Below are positions 7,951 through 16,619 of a stretch of 31,503 nt of DNA, piece after piece. Below the pieces are notes generated by a model that ran no database searches, was not told the origin of the DNA, and saw only the letters and a list, made by a program, of their open reading frames with translations. Position 1 is the first letter of the stretch. Each line of letters begins with the position of its first letter. This stretch comes from Candidatus Poribacteria bacterium (GTDB taxonomy: Bacteria > Poribacteria > WGA-4E > UBA9662): contig JAYGDX010000020.1 in assembly GCA_046582655.1 (NCBI GenBank), forward strand, positions 1-31,503, given 5' to 3'. A program made the position numbers and the translations under genes.

Positions 7951-10713
7951 TTACTGACAGGCTTCACATTCTTTGTCATCCATATTGCGGACGTTACTAC
8001 CAAGGGGCATTTCTTCCATTTTGTCTTCTGTCATGGAAGTGGTATGATTGAATTTTTTGTTAATATCAATCGTGCTTTTTTCAACGGCCGAAGCTCCCAG
8101 TGTCCTCAAATAATAGGTCGTTTTAATCCCACGGTTCCAAGCATCAAAATAGATGTCAGAGATCTCTTTGCCGGAGACAGAGGGTGTGAAGATGTTCAAA
8201 GATTGGCTTTGATCAATCCATTTACCACGAACGGCTGCATGTTTGATCAACCAAACAGGATCTATTTCAAAGACTTCTTTGTATTTTCTTTTTACGTCTG
8301 GGCTAACTTCCGAAATTGCTTGAACACTGCCATCATGGTATTTTAACTTCTCAAGCATTTCTCGATTCCAAAGTCCTTCTTTAGACAATTCCTCGATAAG
8401 AAAACAATTAATAATAGTAAATTCACCACTCAGATTTGATTTTGCATAAATATTCTTATACGCAGGTTCGATAGATGGGAAACAACCGCTGATGTTCGCG
8501 ATCGTCGCCGTTGGGGCAATTGCCATGCAGTTGGAATTCCGCATGCCATACTCTTTAACATGTTCTTTCACCACCGACCAGTCAAGCTGATTTGCCAGAT
8601 CCACTTCAATTTCCATATCCCGTTCCTGACCAAGTTGGCGTAAGGTATCAATGGGGAACAAGCCCTGATCCCATTTCGATCCAGAAAATGATTCATAACA
8701 TCCCTTCTCTTTGGCAATTTCAGATGAGACAAGAATCGAGTGATAGGAAATGAACTCCATCATTTCATCGGAGAACCCAACTGCATCCGATGAATCAAAC
8801 TGCAAATCCATCTTGTACAATGCATCCTGAAATCCCATTAGACCTAAACCAACCGGACGATGTTTCAGATTGGAGTTTTCCGCCTCCTGGGTTGGATAAA
8901 AGTTTAGATCTATTACGTTATCCAACATTCGCATAGCTACTGTAACTGTTTCTTTTAACAATTCTCGGTCAAGTTTTCCTTTGTAGATGTGGTTTGAAAT
9001 GTTAACTGATCCGAGATTACAGACAGCCGTTTCATCTCGTGATGTATTTAATGTGATCTCGGTGCAGAGATTCGAACTGTGTATTATTCCAATATGACTT
9101 TGCGGTGAGCGAATATTACAAGGATCTTTGAAAGTTATCCACGGATGACCTGTCTCGTAGAGTTGCGTAACCATCTTTCGCCAGAGATCAATTGCCTTGA
9201 CTTTTCGCCACAGCTTGATTTCTCCTCGTTCTGCTTTCCGCTCATAGTGTTCATAACGCTCTTTAAATTTTCTGCCGTATACATGGTGGAGATCTGGTAC
9301 CTCGTCCGGCGAAAACAACATCCAATCTTCATTATCTAAAACCCTTTTCATGAAAAGATCAGGAATCCAGTTGGCAGTGTTTGTATCGTGGGTGCGGCGG
9401 CGATCATCGCCCGTGTTTTTCCGAAGCTCAATAAAATCCTCAATATCGTAATGCCATGTCTCCAAATATACACAGGTTGCGCCGCGTCTCTTTCCACTCC
9501 TATTAATAGCACCGGTGGCGGAATCAACAATTTTCAAAAATGGAATAACTCCTTGGCTATTAACATTAGTGCTTCTTATTGTACTCCCCGTTGCCCTAAT
9601 GTTGGTCCAGTCGTTACCAATACCACCAGACCATTTCGCCAATTGCGCGTTGTCACCAATACACTTAAAAATATGTACCAAATCATCTTCCACAGTTGTC
9701 AAATAACAGGAACTCATCTGTGGATGTGTTGTTCCTGAGTGGAAAAGCGTTGGAGTCGAAGGCACATAGTAAAGATTGGACATCACATTGTAAAACTTGA
9801 TTGCTTTTTCCTCACGATTTTTCTCATCAATTGCCAGTCCCATTGCAATTCGCATCCAGAAGTATTGAGGTACTTCAATTACGCTTTGATCGTACCCTTT
9901 TAGAAAATATCGGTCATAAAGCGTCTGAGCACCTATATAGCGGAAATTATCGTCTCTTTCGGGCCTGATTGCCTCTATCAACTGATGTATGTCAAAAACA
10001 AGCAGTCTTGGATCTAAACGACCAATACTAACCCCTTGCTTAAGTTGCCGCTCAAACATATTTTGGTAAAGTGTTGAAAAACCAGCTGAGAACCGATCAG
10101 TGTTGAGAATTTCCTTGTACAGGTCATTGAATAAAACACGTGTTGCCAACAGTGAGAAAATCGGCTCGTACTCTACTTGAGTTCTTAGTACCATAATCAG
10201 TACTTGGTTAATTTCAGGTGTTGTAATTCCATCATATACATTCTTCTTACAGCTTTCGACGATAGTATCTAGATCCAAGGTTGCATCAATATCTTTTGAG
10301 AACTTGGCAAGAGTGTTCTTGATTTCTTCGTTATCAAACCTTCTCAGGCTTCCGTCTCTCTTCTTGACGTTGATCCAATCCTCGCCAGTTTTACCAGCTT
10401 TTTCAAGTTCCTCTAAGCGACGCATTTCTTCACGTTCTTTTCGGTAAAGAATATAGGCTTTGGCAACATCAAAGAAATTATTTTCAACCAACTTCTGTTC
10501 GACAACATCCTGAATGTCCTCTACCCCAGGAACTTTGTCTATGAACTTCTCTTCAGTTTCCTCAATAATTAGACGCGTAATATCGTTAATAATCATGTTT
10601 GGCAGATGACTATCTGTTGCGACTGAAGCTTGCTGAATGGCATTTTCAATTCGGCGTGGTTCGAAATCCACAACGCGACCATCTCTTTTCTTAACCTGTT
10701 GAATTGCAGCCAT
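7951..10713 (-). CDS. nrdA: Ribonucleotide reductase alpha subunit with two N-terminal ATP cones
   Basis: VKKRDG twice, PSTPTL, SSCYL, SSNLCTEI, VCNLGS, APTATI, DQSQSLN, TTYYLR and C-terminal CEACQ; ATG at 10713 preferred (AAGGTGG RBS) over GTG at 10725. Confidence 0.95.
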   Translation of the reverse strand: MAAIQQVKKRDGRVVDFEPRRIENAIQQASVATDSHLPNMIINDITRLIIEETEEKFIDKVPGVEDIQDVVEQKLVENNFFDVAKAYILYRKEREEMRRLEELEKAGKTGEDWINVKKRDGSLRRFDNEEIKNTLAKFSKDIDATLDLDTIVESCKKNVYDGITTPEINQVLIMVLRTQVEYEPIFSLLATRVLFNDLYKEILNTDRFSAGFSTLYQNMFERQLKQGVSIGRLDPRLLVFDIHQLIEAIRPERDDNFRYIGAQTLYDRYFLKGYDQSVIEVPQYFWMRIAMGLAIDEKNREEKAIKFYNVMSNLYYVPSTPTLFHSGTTHPQMSSCYLTTVEDDLVHIFKCIGDNAQLAKWSGGIGNDWTNIRATGSTIRSTNVNSQGVIPFLKIVDSATGAINRSGKRRGATCVYLETWHYDIEDFIELRKNTGDDRRRTHDTNTANWIPDLFMKRVLDNEDWMLFSPDEVPDLHHVYGRKFKERYEHYERKAERGEIKLWRKVKAIDLWRKMVTQLYETGHPWITFKDPCNIRSPQSHIGIIHSSNLCTEITLNTSRDETAVCNLGSVNISNHIYKGKLDRELLKETVTVAMRMLDNVIDLNFYPTQEAENSNLKHRPVGLGLMGFQDALYKMDLQFDSSDAVGFSDEMMEFISYHSILVSSEIAKEKGCYESFSGSKWDQGLFPIDTLRQLGQERDMEIEVDLANQLDWSVVKEHVKEYGMRNSNCMAIAPTATIANISGCFPSIEPAYKNIYAKSNLSGEFTIINCFLIEELSKEGLWNREMLEKLKYHDGSVQAISEVSPDVKRKYKEVFEIDPVWLIKHAAVRGKWIDQSQSLNIFTPSVSGKEISDIYFDAWNRGIKTTYYLRTLGASAVEKSTIDINKKFNHTTSMTEDKMEEMPLGSNVRNMDDKECEACQ

Positions 10714-10801
10714 AATATTAACCACCTTGTGAACCTAAAACAGTTTAACAATAGTTATAAACATACAATTTGTGAAAGACTGAGTAAGTCATTGGTTTTA
10801 C

Positions 10802-11254
10802 TCAGTTTTTTGAAATTTCTTGTAATTCCTTCTCAAAATCAGTAACGTCTTTGAAATCTCGATAGACCGAGGCAAAACGAATGTAAGCAACTTCATCAAT
10901 TTCTTTCAAGAGATCCATAACGATCTCACCAACAATTCTACTTTCGATATCCGTGCGCCGAATTCTAATTAATTTTTGTTCAATTTCACTGATCAGGCTT
11001 TCAAGCTTTTCATGTTTTATTGGTCGCTTCTCACAAGCTTTGGTCAGACTAAACCGCAGCTTTCGCCGATCGAACATTTCACGACGCTGATCTTTTTTTA
11101 TAATGAAGAGATCTAGGACTTCAGCCCGCTCGTAGGTCGTAAACCGTTTGGAACAAGTTTCACATTCCCTTCTTCGACGTACTACATTTTCCTTGTCAGT
11201 ATCACGCTTTTCCATCACTTTTGTGGATGGGCTGTTACAATAAGGACATTTCAT
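10802..11254 (-). CDS. nrdR: Transcriptional repressor NrdR
   Basis: MKCPYC..RRRRECETCSKRFTTYE zinc ribbon, ATP cone, and VAYIRFASVYRDF. Confidence 0.96.
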   Translation of the reverse strand: MKCPYCNSPSTKVMEKRDTDKENVVRRRRECETCSKRFTTYERAEVLDLFIIKKDQRREMFDRRKLRFSLTKACEKRPIKHEKLESLISEIEQKLIRIRRTDIESRIVGEIVMDLLKEIDEVAYIRFASVYRDFKDVTDFEKELQEISKN

Positions 11255-11258
11255 AAGA

Positions 11259-11274
11259 ACACCATATCTTGTGT
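11259..11274. promoter_or_regulatory. NrdR box (proximal), overlapping the nrdR translation initiation region
   Basis: acaccatatcttgtgt matches the consensus acaCwAtATaTwGtgt; ends 4 bp from the nrdR ATG. Confidence 0.88.
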
Positions 11275-11289
11275 GTTATATTCTATATC

Positions 11290-11305
11290 ACACAATATCT
11301 ATTGT
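11290..11305. promoter_or_regulatory. NrdR box (distal)
   Basis: acacaatatctattgt, starting 31 bp from the first box, the typical tandem NrdR-box spacing. Confidence 0.8.
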
Positions 11306-11321
11306 CTTAAGAGAATACCAT

Positions 11322-11350
11322 ATCATAATTTGCAATCGTTTTTCTGTCAA
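11322..11350 (-). promoter_or_regulatory. Sigma70-type promoter of the nrdR-nrdA-nrdB-prs operon
   Basis: Minus strand: TTGACA (11350-11345), 17-bp spacer, TATGAT (11327-11322). Confidence 0.82.
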
Positions 11351-11397
11351 CGTTTTTTTCACATTAAAACGAGAAAAAGTGACGACATGATTTTCAA

Positions 11398-11426
11398 TTG
11401 ACGTACTAAGCTATTGCTGTTATTCT
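11398..11426 (+). promoter_or_regulatory. Putative sigma70 promoter of the S8 protease gene, divergent from the nrd promoter
   Basis: TTGACG, 17-bp spacer ending in TGn, TATTCT. Confidence 0.6.
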
Positions 11427-11457
11427 GTTTGACGAAGATTGGTGTCGGTGAAAATTT

Positions 11458-14400
11458 TTGTTTAAAAGATTAATCTTTTTCGTTCCTTTTTCTGTTATTT
11501 CACTAATGGCTGTTTCCGCTTCATACGAAGATTATTCTGATATTGTTCCTGGTCAATTAATCGTCCAAGTTGTATCTGGAACAAAAATTAAAGATCTTTG
11601 TCGGGAGATGAATATTCTATCGGCTGAGAGGGTGTTTCCTCACCTGCGTTTTCCCAACCTTGGGTCTAAGCTTGAACGTATCTACCTTTTATGTTTCTCA
11701 CCGTTTATCAATCTCGAATTTTTAAAGTCCAAGTGCAAGAATCATCCCAATGTTGAAGTCGCGGAGTTCAATATCATAAGATTTTCACAAAACAGTAAAC
11801 TCCTCCCCAACGATCCAAAGTTTGAACAGCAGTGGAATCTGCCGATAATCAGCACGCTAGAAGCTTGGGAAATTGAAACTGGAGATCCAAAAGTAGTTAT
11901 CGCGGTCGTTGATACTGGTGTTTTTTACACACATCCGGATCTTTCAAGTCAAGTCTGGGAGAATATGGATGAAATCCCCGAAAATAAGATCGACGACGAT
12001 AGTAACGGTTACACTGACGATGTGCTCGGCTGGGATTTTACAGACGGCGATAATGATCCTGCCGACTTGACTGGGCATGGCACACACGTCTTTGGTATCA
12101 TCGGTGCCAAAGTCAACAACGCAATCGGCATCTCAGGTATTGCCCGAAACTGTAAAGTAATGGCGTTGCGTGCAGGAACATCACTCGATTCCGGAGGAAC
12201 GGGACTACAAGACAGCAAGTCATCGGCAGCAATCGTCTACGCAGTTGATAACGGTGCAAAAATTATCAACATGAGTTGGGGGAGCGATCGAAACTCATTT
12301 GTGTTACAGGATGCTATCAATTATGCCCACGCTCGTGGTGTCCTTTTGGTTGCAGCAGGTGGAAACAATATGAACTCTGAGGTGATTTTTCCGGCTGGCT
12401 ACAGGAAAGTAATTGCCGTTGGATCAACTGGTATGGATGGAAAAAGATTCTACCAATCAAATTTTGGGTCAGGTATAGATATCGCAGCCCCCGGAGCACA
12501 GATTATTAGTACTCACATTAATGGCAAATATCGCTTGCTCTCAGGTACATCGATGGCTACCGCACATGTTGCTGGTATCGCTGGGTTAGTGTTTTCAAAG
12601 CGAATAAACTTGACCCATGAAGAAGTACGGGACATTCTTGTTTCGACAGCAACCCCTATTCCAGATAGCCCAGAGTTTCTAGGTGCTGGACAGATTAATG
12701 CCAAACGCGCGCTACTGACAAGTAGTTCGATGCAAGCACGAATTCTCTCACCGGAAACCAGAACTGGCAGTAACATAAGTATTGACATCATTGGACACGC
12801 AGGAGGGTTTAAATTTAAAGAGTGGCAACTTTTTTACGGTATTTCAGAGGAACCGAACCAATGGATCCCAATTTCACCCCCAAGTTCACGCCAAAAGTTT
12901 AGAGAAACGCTAGCAACGTGGAGTACTGCTGGTATGTCCGAGGGGGTTTACACAATTCGTCTGGAATCACGCTCACACGATAAAAAAGCACTTCACGATC
13001 ACACAGTAGTCCATGTCGACCATTCAGCACCACAAATACACAATCTAAAAATTGGTAATTGGATATTGGGTAGTCAGCGACTTAAGGTCGTGACATGGTC
13101 AACAGATGATTTTACAACTGATATTTTATACACTCGCGATATTGGGAAGAAATTTAATCCGATTATGGAGAGTTCCTTGAGCCGCGAACATATTTTCTGG
13201 CTTCCATCCAAAGCGAATCAGTTTTACATCCAATCTCAAAATAGTGCTGATCTAAAAACTATCAATGACAATATCGGAAAATTTCATCAAACACCAACGA
13301 TTCAGCCAACGATTGTAAAAAGTAACTTTTTGAAGAGGCCTACTGGCATCCCAACTCTTCACTTAGCCAATTTTGTCACCGATTTCGACCGCGACGGCCT
13401 TCTGGAAATTGTTGGTCAACCTATTGGCAATGATCTAACAAAAAATGTGCAAATTTATGAAGAGAATCAGCTCGTATACACCATTCCACTCAACTTCACA
13501 CCATTGCAGGTTGGTGATGCTAATCAGAATGGGTTAATCGAAATTCTTGGCAATGATGGCAACCGTATTTTTCTGATTGAGTGCCTGACACCAGATGGCT
13601 ATCCTGAAAAAATTATTTGGGAATCAGAAATCATCGAAATTGCACGAGTCGAGGACCTCAATGGTGATGGTACTCAAGAAATTGTTGGTGCGAATAACTA
13701 TTCAGGGCTTATTCTTATTTGGTCGAAAAATGGAAGGGGGTTTTTCGACCAAGTTGCGACAATTCAAAATGAAACCGATGGCGTTAACGCCATCAAAGAT
13801 TTTGCTATCGCAGATTTTGATGCCAATGGTCAGATTGAAATAATGGTTGGTGACAGCGATGGGGATCTATTAGTTTACGAATTGTTTGGTGAGTTTAATT
13901 TTCGCCTCAAATGGCATAGCAAAATGAATATTAAAGATGCATACCAACTTGCAGTAGGTGATTTAACAGGCGACGGTATCCCCGAATTTGTAGTTGGTGG
14001 TGAAGTGGATGAGCCAGATCTTCCTTCAATTGCGTCACGTTGGAAATTTCAGGTTTTTACCGCTACATCCAGCAACTATCGACCAATATGGTCACAAGAA
14101 GTGTTACCGTATCAACGAAATGGAAATAGCCTCACAATCAGCAATGTGGATGGGGACATAGATAACGAATTGGTTATAATTGCAAATCCTGGTCTTTATA
14201 TCTTTGATCAGAATGGAGATTCGATGTGGTATCACTCCATAGTTCAAACGCCACAAGTGGTAACTGGGGACATAGATCATAATGGGCTAAACGAGGTTTA
14301 CGTCAATAGTCAAAATGGATTGGTCGCTTTCGAGTTCACCACAACAGCTAGTAAAAGCAATAAACCCAGTCTCAAACCAGTTCCAATTGGCACTCCCCCA

Positions 14401-14994
14401 AAAATGATTGCCGCTGAATTTCTTGGTTTTGATCAAGTTGCTGTCATCTTCGATACGCGCATGGATGACTCAACGTCAGATATACAGAATTATAGTTTAC
14501 GTACACAGGAAAAGCCAAAAGGCATTAAGCCTAGGACTATCATACAAGATCAAATGGATCGAAGAGCTATTTTAACTTTTCCGGCTGGAACATTTATGCC
14601 GGAAGTCACATACGAAATTCACGTTTCAAAAATAAAGGATCTTGATCATGACCGGATTGACCCCAAACACGCCAGCCAGGTGTTCACCGTTCCACCGACA
14701 CCCGATCCCGTCATAGATTTACGTCAGGTGATTGTTTATCCAAATCCAGTTCGATCTAGTGAGTTTCATAAAGGGATAATAGTGTTTGACTTTGTACCGT
14801 CTGGTGCGACAATTGAGATTTATAGCGTCAATGGAGAACTAGTTGAAATTTTGCGGGTTGAACCAAATGATAGCGGTCGAAAGGAATGGTATCTTCTCAG
14901 TGGAGGCCGGTCGGAGATTGCAGGTGGTGTATATGTCTATTCCATTCAACTTATGAATTCCAGAAAGGTGGGAAAGATTGCTATAATTAAGTAA
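11458..14994 (+). CDS. Secreted S8 (subtilisin-like) serine peptidase with FG-GAP/VCBS-like repeats, Ig-like domain and YPNP-type (FlgD-Ig/T9SS-CTD-like) C-terminal domain
   Basis: Signal-peptide-like N-terminus; catalytic triad VVDTG, GHGTHV, SGTSMA; oxyanion AAGGN; repeated DxD/NxDGxxE(I/F) loops; C-terminal VYPNP..IYSVNGELV..GGVYVY. Confidence 0.88.
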   Translation: MFKRLIFFVPFSVISLMAVSASYEDYSDIVPGQLIVQVVSGTKIKDLCREMNILSAERVFPHLRFPNLGSKLERIYLLCFSPFINLEFLKSKCKNHPNVEVAEFNIIRFSQNSKLLPNDPKFEQQWNLPIISTLEAWEIETGDPKVVIAVVDTGVFYTHPDLSSQVWENMDEIPENKIDDDSNGYTDDVLGWDFTDGDNDPADLTGHGTHVFGIIGAKVNNAIGISGIARNCKVMALRAGTSLDSGGTGLQDSKSSAAIVYAVDNGAKIINMSWGSDRNSFVLQDAINYAHARGVLLVAAGGNNMNSEVIFPAGYRKVIAVGSTGMDGKRFYQSNFGSGIDIAAPGAQIISTHINGKYRLLSGTSMATAHVAGIAGLVFSKRINLTHEEVRDILVSTATPIPDSPEFLGAGQINAKRALLTSSSMQARILSPETRTGSNISIDIIGHAGGFKFKEWQLFYGISEEPNQWIPISPPSSRQKFRETLATWSTAGMSEGVYTIRLESRSHDKKALHDHTVVHVDHSAPQIHNLKIGNWILGSQRLKVVTWSTDDFTTDILYTRDIGKKFNPIMESSLSREHIFWLPSKANQFYIQSQNSADLKTINDNIGKFHQTPTIQPTIVKSNFLKRPTGIPTLHLANFVTDFDRDGLLEIVGQPIGNDLTKNVQIYEENQLVYTIPLNFTPLQVGDANQNGLIEILGNDGNRIFLIECLTPDGYPEKIIWESEIIEIARVEDLNGDGTQEIVGANNYSGLILIWSKNGRGFFDQVATIQNETDGVNAIKDFAIADFDANGQIEIMVGDSDGDLLVYELFGEFNFRLKWHSKMNIKDAYQLAVGDLTGDGIPEFVVGGEVDEPDLPSIASRWKFQVFTATSSNYRPIWSQEVLPYQRNGNSLTISNVDGDIDNELVIIANPGLYIFDQNGDSMWYHSIVQTPQVVTGDIDHNGLNEVYVNSQNGLVAFEFTTTASKSNKPSLKPVPIGTPPKMIAAEFLGFDQVAVIFDTRMDDSTSDIQNYSLRTQEKPKGIKPRTIIQDQMDRRAILTFPAGTFMPEVTYEIHVSKIKDLDHDRIDPKHASQVFTVPPTPDPVIDLRQVIVYPNPVRSSEFHKGIIVFDFVPSGATIEIYSVNGELVEILRVEPNDSGRKEWYLLSGGRSEIAGGVYVYSIQLMNSRKVGKIAIIK

Positions 14995-15258
14995 AAAAAT
15001 AGAGGCTCTGCTGCCCATAGATCTCAGAACCGATTTATTCAATATATCTCTTGTATAATAAGTAGTAATACCCACCAAAGTTCTAGCTGGGAGGCAGTTA
15101 AATTCTTTGACATATGTGACTCAAAAATCTCCGAACTTCTGTTTCATTGGCTTATGCAAGAGGTCTAATTTAGAATAGAGAATGTTGTATTTTGAACCCA
15201 CTTGACGGAGAGCAGGTCATTGCCAACTAACTATTAGTTCAAATGAGAGTACTCGGAC

Positions 15259-16317
15259 ATGCCAGAAAAGATTAAGATTGGAGTCATCGGTTGTGGAGTT
15301 GGCCGGAATTGGGTAGCAGGAGCGACACTGTGTGAAGACACAATTGCCTGGGCAGTTGCGGATCTTGATCGACAACTTGCTCACCAAGTTGCTGAAGAAA
15401 ACGAGGTGCATAGAGTCTATAGCGACTATCGAGAACTGCTAGAAGATGATGAGGTCGATGCAGTTGGAATTGCAACCGCACCTGATATACGCAAGCCGAT
15501 GGTGGTCGACGCACTTAAAGCGGGAAAGCACGTGTTAGTCCAAAAACCCCATGGATGCAATGCCGAGGAAGTACGGGAAATTAACTTGGTGGCGGCAGAG
15601 TCCAGAAAAGCGCTCGTCTACTCGTTTTTCATGCGACATCAAAAGGAAAACAAAAAGAATCGCGCAATCATCGCTGATGGTAAAATTGGACGTGTCTATC
15701 ATACACGAGTGCATTACCATTTTCGGGAACGTGGAACCAACTATGATGTGCCACCAGGTAGGGAGTGGTTGTATCGCTGGGGAAAAAAGGGTGGGGCATT
15801 GGGACAACACGGCTCCCACTACCTTGACTTAGCTTGGTTCTTAATGGGCTGTCCACCACCCGAATGGGCGTATGCCATTAGTCACAGCGCGTTTCCAACA
15901 ACCTTCAATGCGGATCGCCATTCCGAAGACTACCTCAGTTTTTTGGTTGGATTCGTTGGTGGGATGACAATCCAAATGGATACTTCTGCTGTCATCCCCA
16001 CTTGGGCGGATCGTGCATGGGATTTATCCCTACGAGTATTGGGAACTGAAGGCACTATTGAGCAGGAATCCACTTCGCAAGGTTCTGGAACGCGTCGCCT
16101 CCTTGGTTCTATCTATACCGAGGGCAACAATTTTACCGACGAATTTGAAGAACATGGTGTTGGTGATTTCAATGCTGAAATACGAGATTTTGCCGGTGCA
16201 ATTCGTGGACAGAATCCACCCGATGTATCTCCTTGCGACGCCTTAGCATTTATGAAATTGCTGGACGCAATTTACTTGAGCGCTGAGAGGGGGGAAAAGA
16301 TCCAAATCGCCAATTGA
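15259..16317 (+). CDS. Gfo/Idh/MocA family oxidoreductase
   Basis: KIGVIGCG, DDEVDAV, AGKHVLVQKP and GGALGQHGSHYLD motifs. Confidence 0.9.
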   Translation: MPEKIKIGVIGCGVGRNWVAGATLCEDTIAWAVADLDRQLAHQVAEENEVHRVYSDYRELLEDDEVDAVGIATAPDIRKPMVVDALKAGKHVLVQKPHGCNAEEVREINLVAAESRKALVYSFFMRHQKENKKNRAIIADGKIGRVYHTRVHYHFRERGTNYDVPPGREWLYRWGKKGGALGQHGSHYLDLAWFLMGCPPPEWAYAISHSAFPTTFNADRHSEDYLSFLVGFVGGMTIQMDTSAVIPTWADRAWDLSLRVLGTEGTIEQESTSQGSGTRRLLGSIYTEGNNFTDEFEEHGVGDFNAEIRDFAGAIRGQNPPDVSPCDALAFMKLLDAIYLSAERGEKIQIAN

Positions 16318-16619
16318 GAAGATTTGAAGGTACGCTACTTTTCTATTTATCCACTCTGATAAATTTGGATGCCTCCTGAAAGTGAATAGAATAATCACAT
16401 CGAAAAGCAACACATGGTGAGGATCGGTCATGCAACTAACAGACGAACCTCGCTAGAATTACACCGCGTCCTCTACCAACACTCATTGATATTACGCTAC
16501 AGACCCAAATATTATGACAACCAACAATAAAAAAACAGTTGTGCCTAAAATCGTTGACTCCCTTCCACTGCAAGAGAATCATATACTGGATCATTAAAGT
16601 TTGCATAGCGCATTAGTTT

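Noticed and set aside
11315..11330. Third NrdR box (ataccatatcataatt)
   Set aside because: Only a half-site match, spacing of 25 bp is off-phase, and it is explained by the -10 element
16430..16456. Mini-ORF MQLTDEPR* behind an RBS-like GGTGAGG, possible gene remnant or leader peptide
   Set aside because: Too short to support any assignment
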